A stretch of 64,000 bases of DNA from an uncultured Chloroflexia bacterium (GCA_963768675.1 CAVYIV010000015.1:156345-220344); one strand, 5' to 3'; counted from the first letter of the stretch, positions 21,172-31,179 are shown. The notes: generated from the letters alone by a model not told the origin. Numbers and translations: made by a program.

Positions 21172-21909
21172 GCCTGATCGCCCCCTCCGATTGTGGTCAG
21201 CGCGCGTGCCGTGAGCACCGCCGCGAGATGGGCCCGGTAGACAGACGAGCCGCGGAAGTCCGCGGGCGGATCCAGCTCCGCGATTTGCTCCGGATCCACG
21301 AGCACCGGGTGGGCGGCGACCCCCGACATGGCAGTCCGCGTCGTGCCGGCGGCGTCGCGGTGAGCCACGACCATCACGATGGGACGGTCCATCGGCGTGC
21401 GAGCGGTTCCGTGCGCCGCGGCCTGACCGCCCACGGGGACCGTGACGCTCGTGATCACGGCTCCCGCGAGCACGTGTGGGTCGCCCAGGACCGCCTCGAG
21501 CGGGATGTCGGCGATCGAGCCGGGCCGCGCGATGCTGACCCGGGCGCCGAAGGCGAGAAGCCCGGTGAGCAGCGGGCTCTCCGGGTCGGCCGCCCCGACG
21601 GTGCCGCCCACGGTCGCCGCCTCGCGGATGGTGCCCGGCGCCTCGAGACGCGCCAGATCGCGAAGCGTCCCGGGGACCAGGCCCGAGTCGACGACCTCCT
21701 GGAGTCGGGTCATCGCCCCCAGGCGGACCCATCCGCTGCCCGGTCTCGATGCCGCCGAGGTGCAGCGCCTGCAGGTCGACCGCCGCGGCGGACGTCCGGC
21801 CGGGACGTGCGTTGAGGGTCGTTCCGCCGGCAAGGACGACAGCGTCGGGGAGCGCAAGTAGCGTGAGCGCCTCTTCGAGCGTGAGCGGCCGGTAGTACTT
21901 CATGTTCAC
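21168..21909 (-). pseudogene. xanthine dehydrogenase-family FAD-binding subunit (CoxM/XdhB-like) with one frameshift at ~21740
   Basis: The N-terminal piece MKYYRPLTLEEALTLLALPDAVVLAGGTTL lies in the ORF 19606..21909 frame. The remainder GWVRLGAMTRLQEVVDS...GTIREAATVGGTVGAAD...FRGSSVYRAHLAAVL lies in the ORF 21168..21857 frame. Confidence 0.6.
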
Positions 21910-21919
21910 GTCCGACTCT

Positions 21920-22912
21920 TCACTCTTCCAGCCTGTCGTTCACGCCCTCCCGGGCGGCCGCGCAGGCAAGCTCAGGCGCAGGGGATGATGCGGGACGGCA
22001 CTCGCCCAATGGTACAGGCCTGCTCAACGGGCGACGCCTCGCAGCCGCCCTACGAGGGCCGCGCGCACCCGCTTCGGGATGCGCGCGACGAAACGAGCGC
22101 CGGAGCAGGCCGACGTGTGGCTCGGCGGGACGCGCCTTCGCGGGCAGGGCAAGGTAGGTCCGGTCTCGCGGGTGCGGCGGCAACCGGTTCGAGGGCTCCC
22201 GGTTGGCGCCCCGCTCGACGAAGGCGAGGTTGTGGTAGAAGCTCACCGACCTCACGGACAGGTCGAGGGTGCTCGGCACATAGCCCGGAACGTCGAGCTC
22301 GGCGTAATTGAGCCCGTCGGTGAGCGCCTGCAGGAAGGTCATCGACGTTCCTGACCGATCGGCCCCGCTGGAGCCTCCATACGTTCGCTCCCAGTACGAC
22401 GTCTGAAGGTCTTCGATAGCGTAGATCCCGCCCTCGGTGAGGTGACCGAACAGGTGCCTGAAGCTCGCGATCACGTGCGCGCAGACGTGGCTGCCGTCGT
22501 CGACGATGACGTCGAACGGGCCATACCGGCTCGCGACCTCGTCAAGGAACCGCGGGTCGCTCTGGTCCCCCTGGAGAACGACGATCCGGTCCTCGGCGAT
22601 CCCCGTCTTCGGTTGGATGTCGATGCCGACGATGCGCGCCAGGGGGAAGAACTCCTTCCACATCCGGAGTGACTCCCCGCCCCTCTCGGGATCGGCGTAG
22701 CCGCCGATGCCGATCTCGAGGAGCGTGATCGCCCGTTCGCGCAGGTGGCCGAGATGCCGCTCGTAGGCATCCGCGTACGAGTGGGCGCCCTCCTTGTCGG
22801 TGCGCATCTCCCGCGCGATCTCGCGGAGTGACCGTTCGCTCACGACGAGGTGCCTCCTGGGTGTGGAGCGGGCCGGACCGGCTACGCCGGGGGCCGGCGG
22901 AGACGCCACCAA
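21920..22912 (-). CDS. class I SAM-dependent methyltransferase (Methyltransf_24 / TylF-MycF-like O-methyltransferase); the C-terminal ~90 aa are low-complexity, possibly a lost stop
   Basis: LLEIGIGGYADPERGGESLRMWKEFFPLARIVGIDI is a SAM-binding motif I, and DVIVDDGSH is present. The family is normally ~230-260 aa, whereas the ORF is 330 aa. Confidence 0.45.
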   Translation of the reverse strand: MVASPPAPGVAGPARSTPRRHLVVSERSLREIAREMRTDKEGAHSYADAYERHLGHLRERAITLLEIGIGGYADPERGGESLRMWKEFFPLARIVGIDIQPKTGIAEDRIVVLQGDQSDPRFLDEVASRYGPFDVIVDDGSHVCAHVIASFRHLFGHLTEGGIYAIEDLQTSYWERTYGGSSGADRSGTSMTFLQALTDGLNYAELDVPGYVPSTLDLSVRSVSFYHNLAFVERGANREPSNRLPPHPRDRTYLALPAKARPAEPHVGLLRRSFRRAHPEAGARGPRRAAARRRPLSRPVPLGECRPASSPAPELACAAAREGVNDRLEE

Positions 22913-23039
22913 ACGCGCCGCGAGGATAGCAGCCGGTTCCGGAGGCCTCGTCGTACCGGGTCAGGGCCGCTCAACGGGCGACGAGCCGGGTTCGGGGCCC
23001 GCGGGCGATGCTAGGATCGGCAGCGTGGCAGCGCGCTGG

Positions 23040-24078
23040 ATGGTCCTCCGGGAAGGCTCGCGCCTCCGGTGGGGCGGGGACCTGCGGCGGCATTACGTCC
23101 TTGCGGCGCTGGCCTCGCGAAGGGACGCCGCCGATGTCGACGGCTGGTCGGCCGGCCGACTCCGCGACGCGCTCCGGGCGGACCGCCGCCGACCCTGGGA
23201 CGCCAGGCCTCGGCTCGCCGCGGCCACGATGCTGGGCACCGAGGTCCTCGGCCGCGGCCGCCGGGCGAACAATCCCCTTCGCCGTCGACTTCCACGATGA
23301 CCCGGTCGCGCAGAACGCGGCCTTGAGCGTCGAGGTCGATCGGGCGTGGCTGGAGCGGGCGGTCGAGCGCAAGCGGCGCAACCTCGATGCGTTCCGCTGG
23401 CTGGTGGTCCCGTCCCCCGAGCTCGCCGCGCTCGCCGGGCTCGAAGCCGACCGGACGATCGTGGCGGGCAACGGCAGCGACACGACGCTCATCCGGCCGC
23501 TGCCCTGGCCGCGCGAACCGGCGATCGGCTTCATCTCCGGCGCGGCCGCGGGACGCGGCATCGAAACCCTGATCGAGGCGGCCCGCCTGGTCCGCATCGC
23601 GGTGCCGGAGCTTCGCCTGCTCCTCTGGCTGGCAGCGACCGGCCCGGCCGGCGAGACCTACCTGGACGATCTGCGGCGATCGACCACGCCCGACCCGTGG
23701 ATCGAGTACGCCGCGGCCCCATACCCGGAGATCGGGGCGCAGCTGGGCCGGGCAACGGTCCTGTGCGTGCCGAACCCGTCCGTCGCCTACTGGGACGCGG
23801 TCTCGCCCGTCAAGCTCTTCGACTGCATGGCCGCGGGACGCCCGGTGGTCGTCACCCCCAGGACGGTCATGCGTGCCGACGTCGAGCGACATCGCGCCGG
23901 CCTCGTGGCGCCCGGCGACCGCGCGGAGGACCTGGCGGGTTCGATCGCCCGCTTGCTGGCCGACGAGCCGCTGGCCCGTCAGCTCGGGGAGAACGGGAGG
24001 GCCGCGGTCGTCGCCGAGCACGACTGGCGCTCCATCTCGGAGTCCCTGGCTGCCGAGCTCGTCCGCCGGGACGCCTGA
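23040..24078 (+). pseudogene. GT-B glycosyltransferase (GT1/GT4-like) with one frameshift at ~23290
   Basis: The C-terminal domain (ORF 23008..24078 frame) is PVKLFDCMAAGRPVVVTP...GENGRAAVVAEHDW. The N-terminus MVLREGSRLRWGGDLRRHYVLAALA lies in the ORF 22794..23300 frame. Confidence 0.45.
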
Positions 24079-24200
24079 GACGGACGCCATGGCCTCGTGG
24101 GCCCGCCGGTCTCGACGACCGCGGACGAATGCAGGACGACGCGTGGCGTGAGGATCGACCCGTTCGGCGGAGCCCGCAATCGGTACGGCCGCGCCGACGG

Positions 24201-26326
24201 ATGGCGACGGCCGGAAGAGGCGTTCTCCTGCTGGCCGCCGCCGCGCTCGTGGTCGGGGTGGCATCGCGCCAGGCCGATCCGATCGAGGGCTTCTCGCCCG
24301 GGGGCGCCGTGGCCGGGCTGGCCGCCGAGCTGCCGACGACGCTGCCGGCGGCGATCGTCGTCTCGATCGCCATGCTCCTCAACCTCGCCGCGGGCGCCGT
24401 GGTGCTCCGCCTGGTTCGTCGGGCCCCGTTCGCCACTTGGTCCGATCTTCTGCTGGGCGGATTCGCCGGAGCCGTACTCCTCGACGTGCTGCTCGTGTTC
24501 GCGCTGGGCGGGGTCGGGACGTTTCGCCAGCTCCCGCTGGTCGTGATCCTCGCCGTCACGGTGGTCGCGGGATCGCGTGCGCGCCCCTTCGTCGCGCAGC
24601 CGTTCCGGGGTGGGCGCACGTGCTCCCGGCCCGCTGGCTGCTGGTCGGCCTCGTCTGGTCGGTGCCGCTGCTCCTCGCGCTCTCCTCGCCGGTCGTCCCG
24701 TTCGTGGATGAGCTGCCGAACCATGTCGCGCCGGCTGAGCACCTCCGGGTGTTCGGCCAGATCGCGTCGCTGGCCACGTATCCATCGCCGCTGTACGGCC
24801 CGTCGCGGCTCTTCCTCGGCTATGCCGGGCTGATGGCCATGCTCTCGACGCTCGCCGGCATCCCCGCCGCACTGGCGATGTCGGCGTCGGTTGGATCGCT
24901 CACCTTCCTTTCGGCGGTCGCCGCGCGACGGCTCGCATCCGCACTGTTCGGCCGCGATGCGGGTTTCTGGGCGCTGCTGGCCTTCCCGCTCTCGTTCACG
25001 TTTGTCCGGCTCTCTGACGCGCGGGACAGCGTCGTGGCCCTGCCGCTGGCCGCGCTCGCACTGGCGATCCTGGTGGTCCGTGGAAGGCAGGGAGGAGCGG
25101 CCGGTCCGGCCCGCGCAGGGCCCGACTGGCTGCTTGCGGCCTCTCTCACGGCATCGATCCTCGTCCACCCCCTCGTGGGGGCGCTGACCGTCGGCACGGT
25201 TGCCCTCCTGGTCGTCGCCGACCCCGGCCGCTACGCTGGACGCGCGATCCCGGCACTCTCGGCGGCGGCATCGCGGTGCTTCCCGAGGTGGCGGTGATGG
25301 TGGGGCTCGCGCCGGCACCGCCATGGGGGATTGCGGCCTTCGCGGCCGCAGTGGTCGTCGCGATCTGGGTGAGCCGCGCACTGCATCTCGCACCCTGGAC
25401 GAAGATCCCGCCGTTGCTGGCGACCGCCGGCCTTCTTCTCGCTGGCGCGCTGGCGCTTGCGATCGTCGCTGTCGCCCTGCCGGGGGCGCCGGCGCAGGCA
25501 GCCCGGTGGATCAACCCCGCGTTTCCGTTTCTGTTCGCGACGGCAGGCCTGGCCGCTCTCGGACTGGGGGCGGCGTGTCGTGGTGGTCGCCGGGTCCTGC
25601 TGGCGCCGCTCGCCGCCGGCGGCGTCGCGCTTCTCGCGGTGGCCGTCATCCCGGGCTCGTCGATCCTCGCGCAGGCATTCCACTACGAGGTCCCCAAAGC
25701 CGTTGGGTACTGGCTGCCATGGGCCTGCGTCCCGGCGGCCGCGGGCCTCGTGGCGGCCGTCACCCGCCGGCGCGGTCCGGCGATCGTCCGCGCGGGGCTC
25801 GTCGCGGGCTTCCTGGCGGTCGTGCTCCTGCCGTTCGGGTCACCCGTTCCGGACTCGGTCCAGGCTTCGCACGCCGTGGCCGACGATCTCGCGTACGACC
25901 TGCGGACCGCCGAGCTGGGCGGCTGGCAGGGCTACGGCGACTCCCGGCTCGTCGTGGATGGGGCCGGCCGTTCGCTCCTCGACTTCCTTCGCCAGGAGAT
26001 CGCGACTGGACGATTCACGGCGGACACGCGGGTGCTCCACGTCGCGAGCAGCTACCAGCCGTGGGCCAACGTGCCGATCGCGGTCTTCACCGGTCTCGAG
26101 GAGACGGTGCGTGTCCGCGGACGCCACCGTCGACATCTTCACGGCCGGAGGCCGCATCTACCCCCTGTCGACGCTGGATGCGGATCTCCACGCCGGGTTC
26201 ACGGCCGTAGTCCTGGAGCCGGCCGGCCTGCCCGCCTCGGTCCGGTTGGCCATCCTCGATGCCGGCTATCGGTCGGTCTTCGCGAACAGCTCGGGGGAGG
26301 TCCTGGTCGCCCCGGCGCCCGGGTGA
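24201..26326 (+). pseudogene. large polytopic membrane protein with a C-terminal soluble domain (GT-C-like glycosyltransferase or polysaccharide polymerase?), spread over four ORF fragments
   Basis: Successive TM-rich pieces lie in ORFs 23346..24833 (from MATAGRGVLLLAAAAL), 24437..25297, 25276..26376 and 25457..26326. No diagnostic motif was recognised. It is adjacent to a GT and an MT, which suggests a degraded glycan locus. Confidence 0.3.
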
Positions 26327-26456
26327 CCTCGCTGATCGGTCCGATGCGAGACAATCCGATCGGTCGAGGCCCATGAGTTCCAGCGGTACCTCGACGTGCT
26401 GCGCCGGACGCGCCACCGTCCGCGAACGTGAGCAGGCCAGCGATGGGAGAGCCAGC

Positions 26457-26831
26457 ATGACCGAGGTCGAGATCGCGGACGGTCACCTGCACGTTGTGGT
26501 CGAGGGTTTCGACAAGGTCCTCGCCCTGCGCAGCACGCTGGACATACCCCTCGTCCACGTGCGCGGCGCTTCGCAGGACCCCGACGCCCTCCGAGAACGG
26601 CATGGGCTGCGACTCGCGGGCACCTCGCTCCCCGGCGTCGTCGCGGCGGGCACCTTCTTCGATGGACAGTGGTGGTTCCTGGACGTTCACCACCCTGAGG
26701 ACGCGGTGAAGATCGACCTCGACCACGAGCACTATGTCGCGCTGATCGTCGAGGTCGCCGACCCCGTCGCGACCGTGAGGGCGATCAACGCCGCCGTCGC
26801 GGCCCTGCCATCGAGGACGGCCGCTGACTGA
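26457..26831 (+). CDS. hypothetical protein
   Basis: 124 aa (MTEVEIADGHLHVVVEGFDKVLALRS...) with a GGGAGAG RBS. No family recognised. Confidence 0.4.
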   Translation: MTEVEIADGHLHVVVEGFDKVLALRSTLDIPLVHVRGASQDPDALRERHGLRLAGTSLPGVVAAGTFFDGQWWFLDVHHPEDAVKIDLDHEHYVALIVEVADPVATVRAINAAVAALPSRTAAD

Positions 26832-26853
26832 GCCGACGGGACGTCTCCCGCCG

Positions 26854-27369
26854 ATGGCCTGGCTGGTCGAGCAGGCTGATCCGTCGGATGGCCCGGAGAT
26901 CCACGAGGTCGTTGCCCGAGCCTTCGGGCGGGAGGACGAAGCGGAGCTCGTCGAGCGGCTGCGTGCCTCGGATGTCTGGATTTAAGGGCTCGCGCTCGTG
27001 GCCCGGCCGCCCGGAGAACCTCACGGCCCGATCGTCGGCTTCGCGGCGCTGAGCCGGATCACGGTCGGCGGACGCCCGGCGCTCGCGCTCGCACCCGTCG
27101 CGGTGGCGCCCGAGCGGCAGCAGACGGGGGCGGGCTCGGCGCTCGTGCGAACGGGCATTGCGCGTGCCGCAGACCGTGGCGAGCGCCTGATCCTCGTCCT
27201 CGGTGACCCGCGCTACTACGGCCGGTTCGGGTTCCGGGCCGCCATCCCCATGGGCATCCATGGAGCCTACGACGAGGCGGGCCCAGCCTTCCAAGCGCTC
27301 GCGCTGCGCGGAGCGGGCCTGATCCCGAGTGGGCTCGCCGTCTACCCGGACCTGTTCGCCGGGCTGTGA
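26854..27369 (+). pseudogene. GNAT N-acetyltransferase, YhbS-like, interrupted by an in-frame TAA at 26983..26985
   Basis: MAWLVEQADPSDGPEIHEVVARAFGREDEAELVERLRASDVWI-TAA-GLALVARPPGEPHGPIVGFAALSRITVGG...YYGRFGF. The two parts are collinear with E. coli YhbS (LREDGFLTLGLVA...) and lie in the same frame. The stop sits where a sense codon is expected. Confidence 0.5.
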
Positions 27370-27460
27370 CGGAGCCCGGCCGGCCGAGAACCGCAGGGGG
27401 CGTCGGCGTACCGTGATCAAGCGCCCATCGACCGTTGAACTTGGCTGCTGGAGGAGTGCA

Positions 27461-28377
27461 ATGCAGATCGACGACGTGCGCCGCGTCCTCATCATTGGCA
27501 GCGGCACGATGGGCCTGCAGATCGGGCTCCAGTGCGCGACCCATGGGTACGAAGTTGCCCTGTACGACATCGAGCCGGCCGCCCTGGACGCCGGGATGAC
27601 TCGCCTCCGCGCCTATGCGGATGAGCAGGTCAGGGCGGGCGTCATCGATGCCGGGTCGCGCGAGCGGGCGCTCGCCGCCATCACGACCACGACCGATCCG
27701 GCAAGGGCAGCCGAAGAGGTCGACTTGGTGAGTGAGTCGGTGCCCGAGGATCCGGCGCTGAAGGGACGGGTGCTCGGCCAGTTCGACGCGCTCTGCCCGA
27801 CTCGGACGATCTTCACGACCAACACCTCGTCGCTGCTGCCGTCGATGTTCGCCGCCGAGACGGGACGGCCCGACCGCTTCGCGGCCTTCCACTTCCACCT
27901 GCCGGTCTGGGCGGCTAACGTGGTCGACGTGATGCCCCACCCCGGAACCTCATCGAGACGATCGAGGTGCTCCTGGCCTTCGCCCGACGTATCGGGCAGA
28001 TCCCGATCCACCTGCGCCAGGAGAGCTACGGCTACGTCTTCAACGCGATGTACACCGCGGTCAACGAGGCGGCACTCACGCTCGTCGCGAACGGCGTCGC
28101 CTCGCTCGAGGACGTCGACCGGGCCTGGATGGGGATCTTCAAGATGCCCATCGGCCCGTTCGGGATGCTCGACGGCGTCGGGCTCGACACCACCTGGCAC
28201 ATCGCCGACTACTGGGCACGCCAGACGGGAGACTCGCAGCGGCGCCGCAACGCCGACTTCCTCAAGACGTACCTCGATCGCGGCTGCCTAGGCGCCAAGA
28301 GCGGCGAGGGCTTCTACCGCTACCCCGACCCCGCCTACGCCCGATCCGGCTTTGTCGAGGTAGAGGGCCGGATCTAG
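27461..28377 (+). pseudogene. hbd: 3-hydroxyacyl-CoA (3-hydroxybutyryl-CoA) dehydrogenase with one frameshift at ~27950
   Basis: The N-terminal Rossmann piece VLIIGSGTMGLQIGLQCATHGYEVALYDI...FTTNTSSLLPSMFA lies in the ORF 27329 frame. The C-terminal dimerisation domain ...IHLRQESYGYVFNAMY...GPFGMLDGVGLDT lies in the ORF 27967..28377 frame. A GGAGGAG RBS precedes the start. Confidence 0.65.
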
Positions 28378-28413
28378 GAACCATCGCCGGGAGACGAAGG
28401 GCGCGCCCATTCA

Positions 28414-28443
28414 TATACTCACCGTCGTCGCAGTGGGGGGCGT
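28414..28443 (+). promoter_or_regulatory. conserved promoter/leader motif copy A: TATACTCACCGTCGTCGCAGTGGGGGGCGT
   Basis: 63 nt upstream of the VOC gene start. A -10-like TATACT is followed by a conserved 24-nt block. Confidence 0.4.
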
Positions 28444-28476
28444 CACACCCTGTCGGCAAATAGACAAGGAGACGGC

Positions 28477-28836
28477 GTGAACCTGAACAGCATCCTGATC
28501 GGATCGGCGGATCCGCAGCGTCTGAAGGACTACTACGCCAGGCTCTTCGGCACGCCCGGCTGGAACGAGGGTCCGTACAGCGGGTGGCAGCTCGGGACGG
28601 GCTTCCTCAGCGTCGGGCCGCACGACCAGGTCACGGGCGGCAACGCTCAGCCGGGACGGCTGATCTGGAACATCGAGACCTCCGACGTCAAGGGCGACTT
28701 CGAGCGGCTCAAGGCGGCCGGTGCCACTGTGATCCAAGAGCCCTACCAGTTCGGTGATCCCGCCGAAACCTGGATCGCCACGTTCGCCGATCCCGACAAC
28801 AACTACTTCCAGCTCCTCAGCCCGATGTCGATGTAG
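28477..28836 (+). CDS. VOC / glyoxalase-bleomycin resistance family protein
   Basis: 119 aa with a GTG start after an AAGGAGA RBS. The paired beta-alpha-beta-beta-beta architecture is plausible. Preceded by the conserved TATACT leader motif (see findings). Confidence 0.6.
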   Translation: MNLNSILIGSADPQRLKDYYARLFGTPGWNEGPYSGWQLGTGFLSVGPHDQVTGGNAQPGRLIWNIETSDVKGDFERLKAAGATVIQEPYQFGDPAETWIATFADPDNNYFQLLSPMSM

Positions 28837-28886
28837 CTGTAGCTGTGCTTCGCAGGGACGACAGGCGGGCCTGCCTGTCAGCGCCC

Positions 28887-29324
28887 CTACCCGAGGCGCT
28901 CGAGGACCACCACGGGGATGACGCGGGTCGTGCGGCGCTGGTACTCGGCGAAGTTCGGGTTGAGCGCGGCGTGCCGGGCGAAGAGCCGGTCGCGCTCCGC
29001 CCCCTCGGTCAGGCGCGCCCGCGCCTCGAACGCCTCGCCGCCCACCTCGACGGTAACGAGCGGGTTCGCGACAAGGTTGTGGTACCAGGCCGGGTGGACC
29101 GGAGCGCCGCCCCTCGAGGCCACGATCACGTGGTGCTCGCCCGCGCGGGAGTAGACGAGCGGGGCGAGGCGCGGCTGACCGCTTCGCGCGCCCGTCGTCG
29201 TCAGGAGCAGGACCGGGCGACCGGCGAAGGGGCCGCTCGTGACCTGGCCGCCGCTGGCCCGGAAGTCGGCGATGAGCGCCGTCGTCATCGCCGCGTAGGC
29301 GGCCCGGGGATCTGGCTGGGTCAT
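28887..29324 (-). CDS. deazaflavin (F420)-dependent nitroreductase family protein, Ddn/DUF385-like
   Basis: Has the split-barrel signature ...VLLLTTTGARSGQPRLAPLVY...HPAWYHNLVANP...VEV. Confidence 0.7.
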   Translation of the reverse strand: MTQPDPRAAYAAMTTALIADFRASGGQVTSGPFAGRPVLLLTTTGARSGQPRLAPLVYSRAGEHHVIVASRGGAPVHPAWYHNLVANPLVTVEVGGEAFEARARLTEGAERDRLFARHAALNPNFAEYQRRTTRVIPVVVLERLG

Positions 29325-29335
29325 AGATTCAACCC

Positions 29336-29797
29336 TCAGGCTCGGATCGTCTCAACGAGGGCCCGTCGATCGAGAAGCAGGTCGAGGGCATCGGTGATCG
29401 AGCGGCACACCACATCCGCGACCCCGAGCGTGGGACCCGCGGCTCCCTCCGGCCCGAGGATCGCGATCCCCAGCCGGGATGCGCGGAACATCGCCTCGTC
29501 GTTGCGTCCGTTGCCGATCGCGACCGTGTGGTGGGCACCGATCCCCCGGACAAACGCCGCCTTGTCGGCGCCGGTTCGAATGGTCGTGACCGACACGCCA
29601 AGCCGGTCCCCGAGGGCATTCGCGGTGCCCAGCGTGTCCGCGGTAACGATGTGCAGCGCGAGGTCGCCGGCCAACTTCTCGAGTCGCTCCGCCACGCCAT
29701 CGATCAGCTCGCCCCGGTTTGTCAGGGTGCCGTTGATATCGAGGACGAGGTGCTCGAGCCGGATCGGATCGGCGCCCGGGATCTCGATCGTGAGCAA
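29336..29797 (-). CDS. HAD-superfamily hydrolase, COG4087-type small phosphatase
   Basis: Carries LVLDINGTL (HAD motif I), ...HIVTADT... and AIGNGRNDEAMF (motifs III/IV). Confidence 0.65.
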   Translation of the reverse strand: MLTIEIPGADPIRLEHLVLDINGTLTNRGELIDGVAERLEKLAGDLALHIVTADTLGTANALGDRLGVSVTTIRTGADKAAFVRGIGAHHTVAIGNGRNDEAMFRASRLGIAILGPEGAAGPTLGVADVVCRSITDALDLLLDRRALVETIRA

Positions 29798-29820
29798 GTT
29801 TCCAGCCCTCCTGTCTGTGT

Positions 29821-30226
29821 TCAGGCGGTCACGACCGTCAGGCCAAGCGCGCGCGCAGCCTGCGCCTGGCGGAGATCGAACGTCACGAAGCCGAACCCGG
29901 GTGCGGAGACTCGTTGCGCGGCCGCGAGATGGAGGGCATCGAGGGTTCGCACGCCGGTGGTCTCCGCGATCGAGGCCGCCGATTCGCAGGTTGCCTCGTC
30001 GAGCTCGATGATCGAGAAAGAGCGCAGATCGTCGGCGAACGCGGCTCGGGCGGCGACGAGGTCGCGTCCCGAGAGCAGGCGAGCGAGGTTGCGGCGAACC
30101 TCAACGATCGTATGGCGGGCAGTGAGCAGCTCGCCGTCGGCTCGCAGCAACGCGTCCGCGGCGGCCGAGTCGGCCTCCTCGACGTACCGCTTGAGGAGGG
30201 CGCTCGAAATCGACGTAGGCGCTCAC
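29821..30226 (-). pseudogene. vapC: PIN-domain toxin VapC with a +1 insertion at codon ~7
   Basis: The GTG at 30226 overlaps the antitoxin TGA. VSAYVD is followed by an extra T in a TTT run, and then SSALLKRYVEEADSAAADALLRADGELLTARHTIVEVRRN... continues in the ORF 29821..30150 frame to ...FVTFDLRQAQAARALGL. Confidence 0.6.
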
Positions 30227-30483
30227 TCGCCGCGATCCTCGGCCAGCGCGTCGAGCACCCGCCTGGACGCCATCGACCGGCGCACCGGACCAAGCGGCGA
30301 ACCGGTGCCCGGCGTGATCCAACCTGCGCGAATCCCGTCCTCGATGCGCGCGCGACCGGGCACCGGACCGAGCACCGCCTTCGGCCGTCCGCGGTCGGTT
30401 ACCCGCAGCACCTCTCCCCGCTCTGCCCGATCCAGGTACTCGGAGAGGCGCTGTTTCAGCTCCCGGATCCCGACATCAGCCAT
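30223..30483 (-). CDS. Phd/YefM-type antitoxin
   Basis: The 86-aa N-terminus MADVGIRELKQRLSEYLDRAERGEVLRVTDRGRPKAVL is characteristic of Phd/YefM. It sits immediately upstream of vapC. Confidence 0.6.
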   Translation of the reverse strand: MADVGIRELKQRLSEYLDRAERGEVLRVTDRGRPKAVLGPVPGRARIEDGIRAGWITPGTGSPLGPVRRSMASRRVLDALAEDRGE

Positions 30484-30613
30484 GTAGGCACATTACCACA
30501 GCGATGTGTCTACATCACGGAGAGGCCGCCTGTGCTCGCGCTGCGCTCGCCAGGCTCTAGGGATGCGGCCGATGACCCTTGCCCGAGGCCGGGGACTTCA
30601 CCGGGGAACGTCG

Positions 30614-30877
30614 CTACCACAGCCGGATGAGCAGCACCACGGCGATCAGGACCCCCGCCACGCCCGTCGCGGCCGCGGCCCGCGGTCCCAAGCGGACCCT
30701 GGCGACCGCGACGAAGACCGTGACGATCACCGCCGCAGCGAGGCGGGCAACGATCGGCGAGGCGACGTGGGACGGTGAGCTGCGATTGATGATGATGCCG
30801 GCCGCCGCGATCGCCACGATGAGGACGACGGAAACGAGCCAGAGCCTCCTGTTCCCAGGACTCTTGATCCATGTCAT
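30614..30877 (-). CDS. small two-TM membrane protein, paralog 1
   Basis: 87 aa: MTWIKSPGNRRLWLVSVVLIVAIAAAG...AAAATGVAGVLIAVVLLIRLW. Similar to the adjacent ORF. Confidence 0.4.
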   Translation of the reverse strand: MTWIKSPGNRRLWLVSVVLIVAIAAAGIIINRSSPSHVASPIVARLAAAVIVTVFVAVARVRLGPRAAAATGVAGVLIAVVLLIRLW

Positions 30878-30891
30878 GAGGGCACGGCCTC

Positions 30892-31179
30892 TCAGCGCCG
30901 CGTACGAGAGATCGGGGGGATGCGTGCGTAGCCTGTCAGGTTGAGCACCACGATCGCGACCAGGACCCCCGCCACGCCGGTCACGGCCGCGGCCAGCGGC
31001 CCGGCCGCGAGCTTGGCGGCGACCACAAGGGCCGTCACGGCCACGACCACCACGAGCCGTACGGCGAGGACGGGACCGAGGCCGGGCTGAGGCCGCTGCG
31101 GGCGCCAGGTACGAGCGACCACGGCGCCGACCGCCACCATGGCGACGATGATGACAAGGGTGGCGAGCCAGAGCTCCAC
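30892..31179 (-). CDS. small two-TM membrane protein, paralog 2
   Basis: 95 aa: MELWLATLVIIVAMVAVG...AAAVTGVAGVLVAIVVLNL. Shares its TM2 motif (AAA(A/V)TGVAGVL) with the neighbouring ORF. Confidence 0.4.
   Translation of the reverse strand: MELWLATLVIIVAMVAVGAVVARTWRPQRPQPGLGPVLAVRLVVVVAVTALVVAAKLAAGPLAAAVTGVAGVLVAIVVLNLTGYARIPPISRTRR

Noticed and set aside
19984-21177. 397-aa plus-strand ORF inside the XDH cassette
   Set aside because: Antisense to the Mo and FeS genes, with low-complexity Arg/Val/Gly composition.
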